From: Octopus vulgaris
Taxonomy: Eukaryota
DNA: 64,000 bases
Direction of reading: 5' to 3'
Assembly (NCBI GenBank): GCA_951406725.2
Contig: OX597818.1
Coordinates: 100,192,001 to 100,256,000, forward strand
Numbering within the stretch: position 1 is the stretch's first letter; each line of letters begins with the position of its first letter. Shown in pieces: positions 54,318 to 64,000 of this stretch. The notes under the pieces are model-generated. The model worked only from the letters and a program-made list of their open reading frames with translations, ran no database searches and was not told the DNA's origin. Both the position numbers and the translations under genes were made by a program.

Positions 54318-54570
54318 ACTTATAAATAAGGGCAAACGAAAAAATTTCTAATGACAAATATGCCGAAATTGAACATATTGTCCATAACCAAATAATTTTT
54401 CACAATACGCACGCTTCTCGAAAAAAGGTCGACAGAAATTTCTAAAAAAATTCCATTATTACCATATCGAACCGATTTCATGGTTAGTTCGTAAGAACCC
54501 TCCCTTCGTCAGTGATAAATATGGCAAAAGAAATGAATGAGATACTTACTCATACCCATGGAAGAACGAA
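54316..54570 (-). mobile_element. Short Penelope-like insert with hammerhead-like motif
   Basis: Minus strand TATCA-CTGACGA-AGG...GTTC-TTAC-GAAC..CC-AT-GAAA-TCGG-TT-CGATA (54517-54465). Confidence 0.6.
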
Positions 54571-54591
54571 AACACACACGTACACACACAC

Positions 54592-54639
<48 letters not shown>

Positions 54640-55828
54640 CATTATTTGTCAGCATTTTCTTCATTTCCTTATATATCACACTCGTGTTCGACATCTCCTT
54701 TAAATATATATATATATATATATATAATTGTGTGTGTACGTACCAGAAAGCCTCAAGAAGTATAACATTCGCTACTAAAATTTATGTCGTTTATCTAACC
54801 AACCTAGGTTATAAACACACATTACAACCCCAAACCTTTGGTTTTTCAATATTTGCCCATTCTACTATCCTGACAAACATGGGCGTTCGCATGGAGATTG
54901 CGAATTGAAGCAGCGTGTTGTATTGATTTTAAAGGCTCTGATCAATAGCTATTCATTCGTTACAATGAATGTTGGTATGAAATGCGTCCATAATTATACG
55001 GGACTATGAACTCATAGCGAATGTGAACTAGTCGGATCTGTATTGAAGGAATACTAATCATATAAGATATCGAACATATCCTTTTGTCCTTTAATTTCCA
55101 TCTGGACTCTTTCATACATTGAAGGAAGCTAAACAGTCGTCTTTGACATATTGAATACGTTTGTGAATAATTACTAGTGCATCAAGATTTAATAGAAAAA
55201 CTGTGGTAATATTAAGTGAAGCAACGACTATGAATGTATGGAGTTGAATTCATATACTGATATTTAGGCATACCACAGAAGAATATTTCGTATTCTTTTA
55301 ATGAATAGTGCTTTACAGGCTCCATTTTTTCCGTTGAAGTTAAATAGTTTCATTGACGACTTAAACTATATCTTTTGTAGTTCTGCAGTTGAATTGATAA
55401 AATCAGGTCCAGAAGTTGGACTGATTTTAGTCGTGACGGCCCTCTGTGGGATGTGTGACCTTATGCCAATACTATAGAAAATATATTGTATGAGAATCGA
55501 CATATGGAACTGACCACAAATTTGCACACACGCATACACACAGATAGGTAGATAGTTAGCGAGAGACAAAGAGTGAGAGCGAGAGAGCGAAGAGAGATAG
55601 GGAAAGATAGATAAAAAGATCGTGAAATATGGATCCACGAAGGTCTCAGGAAAAGTATTCAGTGGATGGAACGAATAAATTATCAATTCATTGAATGCAC
55701 ATTTTCCTCATTATTCTTGTCCATGTGTGCTCTTAACGCAATTCGTACCTAAAATATGCAGGATATACAGTGAGAAAAGGCAAATACATATATAAAAGAA
55801 CAATGCATCTGAGGGTCTTTAGCACACA

Positions 55829-56070
55829 TTCTTATTTCTTTTATTTCTTTACTGGCCACAAGGGGCTACACAGAGGGGACAAACAAGGACAGACAAACGG
55901 ATTAAGTCGATTACATCGACCCCAGTGCGTAACTGGTACTTATTTAATCGACCCCGAAAGGATGAAAAGCAAAGTTGACCTCGGCGGAATTTTAACACAG
56001 AGCGTAACAGCAGACGAAATACCGTTAAGCATTTCGCCTGGTGTGCTAACGTTTCTGCCAGCTCACAGCC
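55829..56070 (-). mobile_element. tRNA-derived SINE type D, tail variant 1
   Basis: Minus head GAGCTGGCAGAAACGTTAGCAC, core GAGGTCAACTTTGCTTTTCATCCTTTCGGGGTCGAT, tail CCCCTTGTGGCCAGTAAAGAAATAAAG. Confidence 0.92.
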
Positions 56071-56234
56071 TTCAATAGAATTTCTACGTATCTGAATTAC
56101 CTCACATGGCTTGGATAACCCGGAGGTATTATAAAGGACATTTTTAGGTATTCCTCAATAGGACCGAACGGATTATTTTGTGGGTGCATAGCAAGTGTCT
56201 TAAATATATATAATCTACGTTTACTTTAAAATTG

Positions 56235-56444
56235 ATTTCAGATTTCGGCACAAGGACAGTAATTTCAGATAAGAGACATGTCTATTCCATCGACTCTAGT
56301 ACTTGCCTGGTACTTATCTTATCGAGCACGAAGTCAAAAGAGAAAAAGTCGACCCCGGCGCAATTTGAACTGAGAACACGAAGATAGAAAAACTACCGCT
56401 GAGCATTCTGTACGGTGTGCTAACGATTCAGCCTGTTAGCCGCC
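56235..56444 (-). mobile_element. SINE type D, tail variant 2
   Basis: Same head and core as 55829; tail CCTTGTGCC. Confidence 0.8.
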
Positions 56445-56653
56445 ATACTTTTAATATGCTACTTGTCTCTTTCGGCAACGTTCGTAGTATATGTGAAAAA
56501 GAATAGAAATGAAATAAACAACAGACCATGCTACAAATAACAGCATGGTGCCATCTGTAATTTCTATGGCAACCTGTATCATACTATGTAGAACAAAGAC
56601 AATTTTTGCTTAGCGTAGGTGTAGAGATTGGTTAATGACAGACACAAACACAA

Positions 56654-56702
<49 letters not shown>

Positions 56703-57504
56703 CGTGAATAATTTGATATAATATATTACTGATTAATAGACTACATAATTCTTCCATGCTATGAAGTTCTGAACGTGTGTAAAGGAAGCGCAATTCTGTA
56801 AATCTTTCCTTCTAACGTTTTCTTGCCAACTGACACAAATAAAATTATGTCGTCGTATATATGTATACGTGTTCATATTTCTACCATATTCTCACTCACT
56901 CACTCACACACACACACACACACCCTCTCTCTTTCTCTCTCTCTCTGTCTCCTTTACACAATTCCTCTATACATGTCAATCTTTGTTTCTCCATCTGTAT
57001 ATCCCTGTATCACTCTCTGCGCATGCGTGTATTTACGAAAGCATAATAGACAGAAGTATATTTATTTTTGTTAGTGAATGAGATTATTAGTCGATAATTT
57101 ACTGGAGACACTGCCAAAATGTCAGAAAATTATATTTTCACCAGTACTTAGTCATGTGGATGATCCATGCACTAAAACCTTATGATTTACTAGAAACTGC
57201 AGCAAAATTTTCCTCAGACCACATTTATAATCAAACACTGAAAAATACGTTGGTTAATGTAGTTCTAAATAATGAATAAATAAAAATAAAATGAGATGGT
57301 AGGCATTGGAACACATCTGAATCAAAAGTCGGTTCTGCCACACTTTCTGAGCAGAAAGGCATGACAAATAAGAAAATCAATAGAAATATACCGAGAAACA
57401 GATGTCACATGTTCAGACACCAAATTTGACCGTTTTGAAACAGAAATGTATACTTAACAACGCATTATGCACTCATATTCTCTCGTTTGTAAATTCAAAC
57501 TGGT

Positions 57505-57546
<42 letters not shown>

Positions 57547-57655
57547 TAATCAATATAGGGTGGCAAAAAAATTTTGTAGAATATAGTAGGAAAAATTAAA
57601 TAGTCATAAACCATTTTTACGTTCAACATCACAATCAAGGAACGGATATGGCCAT

Positions 57656-57816
57656 TCACCCACTAGAAATAACAGCAAAATTAACCCAAAATAACATTAA
57701 TTCTGTAAACCAGGAAAATTAAAAAACAGGGTAAAAGTTTTTCAATTTTCTCCTGGTTTACAGAATTAATGTTATTTTGCAGGTTAAAGCTTTTGGCTGT
57801 TATTTCTAGTGGGTGA
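57656..57816. repeat. Fold-back inverted repeat, about 72-80-bp arms, 9-bp spacer
   Basis: TCACCCACTAGAAATAACAGC...CAAAATAACATTAATTCTGTAAACCAGGA versus TCCTGGTTTACAGAATTAATGTTATTTTG...GCTGTTATTTCTAGTGGGTGA. Confidence 0.92.
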
Positions 57817-57837
57817 CCTATTATGGCCGTTCCTGAA

Positions 57838-57881
<44 letters not shown>

Positions 57882-57883
<2 letters not shown>

Positions 57884-58110
57884 CAAAGGCGGAGTAGATG
57901 AGACATGGACAACTGAAGGAGGGGAATATTCTTTATGTTGCATGTCTCGTTTCTCTGTTTGTTTTTTGTTTGTTCGAAAAAAAAAGTTCGTTTGTATACT
58001 TTGGTTTTTATGTTTTCGTTTCTCATTTTGTCTACGTTTTTTTTATGTCCTGTACCCATATATGCATGTATATATACATATATATGTAGGTATGTACATA
58101 CATGTATGTA
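57882..58110 (+). mobile_element. (TA)n-embedded dispersed repeat related to 10872-11000
   Basis: GACAACTG(A/T)..(G)AGG start and GTCCT(G/C)TA...ATATGCAT end shared with 10874 and 17180. Confidence 0.55.
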
Positions 58111-58114
58111 TATC

Positions 58115-58189
58115 TGCATATATTTGTATATTATTCATATTATATATATATATGCATATATTTATATATTATTCATATTATATATATAG

Positions 58190-58226
<37 letters not shown>

Positions 58227-58294
58227 TATATTTATATATTATTCATATCATATATATATATATACATATACATGCATATATTTATATATTATTC

Positions 58295-58346
<52 letters not shown>

Positions 58347-58446
58347 TATATTTATATATTATTCATATTATTATATATATATGCATATATTTATACATTA
58401 TTCATATTATTATATATATATATATGCATATATTTATATATTATTC

Positions 58447-58478
<32 letters not shown>
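58115..58478. repeat. Minisatellite, 7 units of TGCATATATTTATATATTATTCATAT plus variable (TA)n
   Basis: Units start near 58115, 58153, 58223, 58273, 58343, 58382 and 58425. Confidence 0.9.
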
Positions 58479-58481
<3 letters not shown>

Positions 58482-58748
58482 ACTCACGGTCGAGGGATCG
58501 CGGGTTCGAATCTCAGACCGGGCGATGTGTGTGTTTATGAGCGAAACACCTAAGCTCCATGCGGCTGCAGCAGAACGTATTGGCGAACCTCTGCTGACTC
58601 TTTCGCCATAACTTTCTTTCACTCTTGCATCTTGCAGCTCACCTGCGACGGACTGGCGTCCCGTCCATGTGGCAAACCTATACGCCAAGGAAACCGGGAA
58701 ACCGGCCCTATGAGCCAGACATAGCTTGAAAAGGAAAAAACAAACAAA
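58479..58748 (+). mobile_element. SINE type B lacking its first ~30 bp
   Basis: GGACTCACGGTCGAGGGATCGCGGGTTCGAATC; body collinear with 38356. Confidence 0.9.
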
Positions 58749-59474
58749 TATATGTATGCATGTAATTATGTATGTATGTATGTATAATTTTGTGTGTATG
58801 TGTGTGCAAGAATGAGAGAGGTGGGGAGAAGGAAAATGAGCAGTATCCAGGGATAATAATGAGGAAAAATGTAAGGGAAACTTATGCATTTTGTCTTTAA
58901 CAAACAGGTAATCGTAAATTTACTTAATATTTTTTCACTTTTACTTTCGTTCTCTCTGTCTGTTATAACATGCATACCCTACATACACACACACGCACAC
59001 GCACAAATGCGTGTGTGTATGTGTGTGTGTGTGTTTAAACGAAAGTAAATCCCCATTTCTGTTGACGACTGTTATGAAAATGAAAACATTCTTACGTCGA
59101 AAACATGAATAAAGAAAAGCAACTGTATAAAAATATGTAGATAGGTACATTGGTTGGTGTATTATTAGTGTTGGTGTTTATTAGGCTGGTTGCTTCGTTG
59201 GGTGGCAATTAGGATAAATAATGTGAATGCTGGTAGTATATCGTTTAGTTCTTGTTAATGTTTTGTAGAAAGCCGATCAGGTAGAAATGTCAAGAAAATA
59301 AGTGAGCTGATAAGTAGTTAAGTAGCTGAGAAAACAATAAGAAACCAAGGTGTATGTTGCACTGAGTGTCGGTATGAAATTCAGCTGATAATTGGAGATG
59401 TGCAAAGGAATACATGCTTTGGCTTATAAATGCCTGTCAGTACGGCTATGATGCATGCGTATGTTTGCGTGTGA

Positions 59475-59830
59475 GAGATAGATAGAAGTAGGTACATAGG
59501 TAGATAGATAGACTGAAAGATATATATATATATATATATAGATAGATAGATAGATAGATAGAGGGAAAGAGAGAAAGGGGTAGACAGGTAGACTGAAAGA
59601 TGGATAGATAGATGAATCGATGAATAGACGGATGGATGGGCTGACAGCTTGGTAGGAAGAGGTGAGCAGATTGGTGGGTAACTAGATAGCCAGACTGATA
59701 GATAATTAGACATACAGGCAGCTCAATAGGTAGGTTGATTGATAGATGGATAGATAAATGGATTGATAGAAAGACAGAGAGAGAAAGAAAGAAAGAAATA
59801 TAGGTGGATAGATAAACAGACAGCTGGATG

Positions 59831-59883
<53 letters not shown>

Positions 59884-59932
59884 ACAGACAGACTGACAGA
59901 CAGACAGATAGACAGATAGGTAGATAGATAGA
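59475..59932. repeat. Degenerate (GATA)n/(GACA)n/(GATG)n field
   Basis: Direct reading of the sequence. Confidence 0.92.
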
Positions 59933-60128
59933 AAAGCTTGCAGCAAAGCAGTATGATAGTTTCAAATGATGAGATAGTATTTTAACATATCTTTGTGTTA
60001 ATACGTGGGGGAGAGAAGGTGATAGGTGAGACATACGAGAATGGTTATACACAGAAAGAAAAGAAGGTGAAGACGATCTGTACTTGTCAGAACACGTAAT
60101 TACAGAAAATACTTGCGCGCGTGTCTGC

Positions 60129-60164
<36 letters not shown>

Positions 60165-60960
60165 ATGTATGGATGTATGCAGAATACACGATCATAAATG
60201 TGCTTAGTAATGTGTATATGCATTCTCTCATTCTCTTTCTCTCTCGCACCAACACGCACACATACGCCCGCTAGTGGGACTGTGTATGTGTGTGCTTTTG
60301 TGTACTTGAGTGATATATTAATGTAGCAGAAAAATGGAATTATAACAAGAAAAAAATATTTTCTTAAATACTGAACAAATGTATCAGCATGTTAAAGAAT
60401 ATTATTGAAAAAAAAATAACATAATGAAGGAGAGAGGGAGGAGAAGGAACGAAGAAGACAGAGAGAGAGAGAGAGAGGCTGAAAGGAAAGATAAGTTGGG
60501 GGAGATAATAACGTCGCCAGCGCAAGGTGTTGTGTGGGTAATGAGGTGAATAATATCGCAATACTATGAACAAATATGCGGCAGATTGTAACTTTATTCA
60601 CAGCTGCAGTAACCGCACCTGTGCCAATCTGTTGCAATCCCAAGAGTGCATTTCCTGTACGAATAAGTTCACATTTCATATTTCCTACACACACACACAC
60701 ACGCCGCATACACACATGTATGTATAGTTTTATTGGGTGGTTATCTTTAATTTAATTCATTTTTAATCCTTCTCCTCTTCTCCTTTATCTGGCATCAACG
60801 TTATTCGTACTTTTTGTTGTTCATTTTGTACTTCAATTATAATGATTAAATGATTAAATCCACCAGAGTGAACTCTGTAAAATAGTAGCAATGCTTCGCG
60901 TTCTTTGATTCAAATTGATGGTAAATTCGATTTGATTTTCTGTTCAAGACATCAATGAAA

Positions 60961-61600
60961 TATTACTTTCTACTGGAGGCACAAGGCATGTTCATTTGAG
61001 TGAAGGTGTTAGTAGATTTTCATCAACCCCAGTGCTCCGTTGATACTTGTTTTAATGACCCCGATGAAAAAGGAAAAAAACAAAGTCGACGTCGGAGGCA
61101 TATGGAGTCAGAACCTACAGTATTTTTCTTCTAAGTATTTTGTTCGTGCGGTAACGATTCTATCATTACACCGTATTTCACTTTATTGAAATGTTGGTTT
61201 CAAATTTTGACAATTTCGGGAGTAGGCGTAAGATGAGTCTTACATCCAGTTTCGAGCGTAGGTGATGCAATTCTATTCGATTATATCGACTTTCAGTTCT
61301 CAACTGATACTTATCTCATCGACTCCCGAAAGAATGAAAGGCAAAGTCAACGTCATCGAAATTTGAATTCAGGAAGTAAAGACGGATGAAATGCCGCTAA
61401 GTATTTTTGCCTAGCATGCTATCAATTCTTATTTCTTTATTGCCCAAAGGGGCTAAACATAGAGGGAACAAACAAGGACAGACAAAGGGATTAAGTCGAT
61501 TACATCGACCCCTGGGTATAACTGGTATTTTATTTATCGACCCCGAAAGGATGAAAGGCTAAGTCAACCTCGGCGGAATTTGAACCCAGAACGTAACGGG
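60961..61600 (-). mobile_element. Three consecutive type D SINE copies (about 60961-61175, 61195-61428, 61427-61600)
   Basis: Each contains the GATGAAA...AAGTC(A/G)AC..C core; the third has tail variant 1 and is 5'-truncated. Confidence 0.85.
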
Positions 61601-61683
61601 TCAACAAGAAAGAACTCTAAATTTTATAATCGTTAATTTTTGAAAATTCTATAATGTTGAATTTGTCATCGGTTATTTTCCTT

Positions 61684-61846
61684 TGGCCACAAGTTGGTTT
61701 CAAATTTAGCCCCACTACGCAGCAACTTGGGCACGTGTCCTGTATTATAGTGCTATAGGAAAATAAGCATCGGTGTCCATTCGTTCGACTAACCCCTTCA
61801 AGGCGGCACCCCAGCATGACCGCAATACAAGGATTGAAACAAATGT
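61684..61846 (+). mobile_element. Internally deleted SINE type A
   Basis: CCCACTACGCAGCAACTTGGGCACGTGTC joined to TTCGACTAACCCCTTCAAGGCGGCACCCCAGCATGACCGCA. Confidence 0.65.
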
Positions 61847-63119
61847 GAGTCAATGATTTAGAAAACTATACAGGTGTATCAATCGACAACTACAACATCC
61901 CAGCTCTCCTGTACCTATATACAATTATCCATAACCTACTTGTATTTCACTTTTATACATAGAGGGCGTGATTCAAAGGTAAAATATACAAGCCAGTAAT
62001 AACACACTAACAGACACATCACTAACATATAATTTTCAGTGAAAAGCATCGTAGCATAACTATTAAAAATATAAATGACAAAACAGCGATAGTTTACTTT
62101 TGGACAGAACTGCTAGCTTAGATATAATGATAGCCAAATCTGTTCATAATCGCTGCTTAAGGGAATAACGACAACAAATAAATAAGAAAAACGAAGAAAA
62201 TAATAAAAAAAAACGGTTAAAAAATACACTCCTGAATAACAATAAATAAAGATATATTCTAGGCGTTCATTTTATGAAAGCGGACACTGGTCGAATTGTT
62301 ACAGCATTGGCCAACCATTAAACGGCGCAATATTTTCTAACATACACTTATCTCTCAATGACCTCTGACGCGTAGTTCTCTAGTGTATCTCACCGGTTTA
62401 TTTAGAAATATTTTACTTCATACGTTCTATAAATATTTTTACTTTATTTTATACTTTATATACATGATAATATCTGACGGCTATGGATGGAGTAGGAGAT
62501 AACCCAACGATGTATTTGATAATATCAAAATTTCAGTGTGTCTATGATGTGGGTGTCGGGCGTTAGAGTACCATTTATCAATATGACTGCGATGGGATAA
62601 TTATTTATAAAACTCTAGTGTTGATCATAGCTATAAACATCTTATTTACAAATCTATCTTTCCTTTTTCTATAGCTAATAAAAATGACAACTGTTATATA
62701 TTTACTGGCGAGACATGAGGAAATTTCACGGTTCATAGGTCATATTATTTTTGTTTTCCTATTATATTGCATAAATTTATAATACTCCATAATGTTCTTT
62801 CATAAAGATAAATATCTCGATTATAGTCTTGATTTGATTCCATAATGAAAATTATTGAAAGCAGAACGTTCGAATATCTTTTATATATTAAAAATTTATA
62901 TAATGATTTCAATTAACTTCATGGTAAATATTGTTGAACCCGCAAAACTCCAAAACGTCGTGAATGCATTATAAAAAGCGTATTTTCCGACATATAAGTC
63001 GACATAATATAATTTTGTAACCACGTAGTGCAAACATTCATATATCGTCACTATCTTTCTAAATATTCCTGCCTTTCACGTGGAATTTTTGTTTTTCAAA
63101 ATCATCTTGAAGTATAAAT

Positions 63120-63330
63120 CCTTTCTCCTCAAGGAACAAGACCTCAAATTTTGGAGAGGGAACTGGAGGATTATATCGATCACAGTGTTTCACCGATACT
63201 TAATTTATCGACCTCGAAAGGATGAAAGGAAAAGTCAACGTCGGTGGCATTTGAACTCAGAACGTAAAGACAGACGAAATGCTGCTAAGCATTTTGTCCC
63301 GAATCCTATCGATTCTGCCAGCTCGCCGCC
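63120..63330 (-). mobile_element. SINE type D, tail variant 2
   Basis: Minus head GGCGGCGAGCTGGCAGAATCG, B-box GAGTTCAAAT, core TTTCATCCTTTCGAGGTCGATAAATTAAGTA. Confidence 0.9.
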
Positions 63331-63940
63331 TTTTCTTGGTGTATAAATCAACCTACGATTTTGGCAGTAAATTTTGGTCTGACAAATTCGAATGGTATGT
63401 CGTAAAAAAATGATTATCGGATAGACTAATATTATATTAAACAACAACATAACACCTCTGTAATAATCTTTATTCATCAGAAAAAAAATATTTCTTAACA
63501 ACGTCACATACTCTGAGACATTCAAACCATGTCAGTTTATTGCATCTAATATACTCCGAATTTCCATCAGTAACATGTATATGTGTATTAGAATCTTGAG
63601 ATGAAAATTCATGTTCGGAATTGAAAGAAATTCTGCAAAATGCTTCAAAGATGCATCAGCCATGTTTATTTACTAACGGTTCACATAGTGAGAATAGCAA
63701 GATGTATGTTTCTAATGATTAAATTGTGTGGGGACTTAGAGTTTAGCAGCAAATGTTGCTGTCTTTTGAGGATTGAAAAACCAAAACGTAGAGCAAGATG
63801 ACTTCTATACGAACACGCACACACACACGGATACACAAGGTTCATTCATACACATAGACAACTATACATATACGTCTTGCTCTCTTTCCCTCTATCACTT
63901 GCTTACTTCTGAAGATATATATATATATATATATATATAC

Positions 63941-64000
63941 GTTTTTTAAAAATCATCTTGAAGTATAAATCCTTTCTCCTCAAGGAACAAGGCCTCAAAT
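63941..64000 (+). repeat. Near-identical direct duplicate of 63091-63149, running off the window
   Basis: AAAATCATCTTGAAGTATAAATCCTTTCTCCTCAAGGAACAAG.CCTCAAAT occurs at both places. Confidence 0.9.

Noticed and set aside
58115-58478. Repeat-spacer pattern as CRISPR array
   Set aside because: Spacers are only (TA)n, the context is eukaryotic and there are no cas genes.
60578-60635. Hairpin as pre-miRNA
   Set aside because: An 11-bp stem then a large asymmetric bulge; no recognised mature miRNA.

Overview
AT-rich, microsatellite-saturated eukaryotic non-coding DNA (intergenic or deep intron). The SINE families and the (TA)n/(CA)n/(ATT)n density resemble a coleoid cephalopod (Octopus-like) genome; this is recognition from memory, not a search. 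I can support no host protein-coding gene, tRNA/rRNA gene or CRISPR array; most listed ORFs are microsatellite read-through. The recognisable content is transposable-element debris: a frameshifted mariner with both TIRs (11253-12429), a decayed RTE LINE (12615-14313), R4/Dong-type LINE fragments (three of them in (TAA)n tracts), a Penelope-like RT/GIY-YIG fragment (25200-26283), two MITEs and roughly 20 tRNA-derived SINE copies of four types. The strongest unexplained signal is at least nine short (150-350 bp) ORF-less inserts sitting in or against (TA)n/(CA)n tracts that carry minimal type I hammerhead-ribozyme-like motifs, one with an intact core (34049-34083). There are also several fold-back inverted repeats, mostly at (TA)n tracts, a 26-bp templated inversion inside a (TA)n tract, a SINE/LINE shared 3' tail, and a local duplication that preserves the empty site of the mariner.
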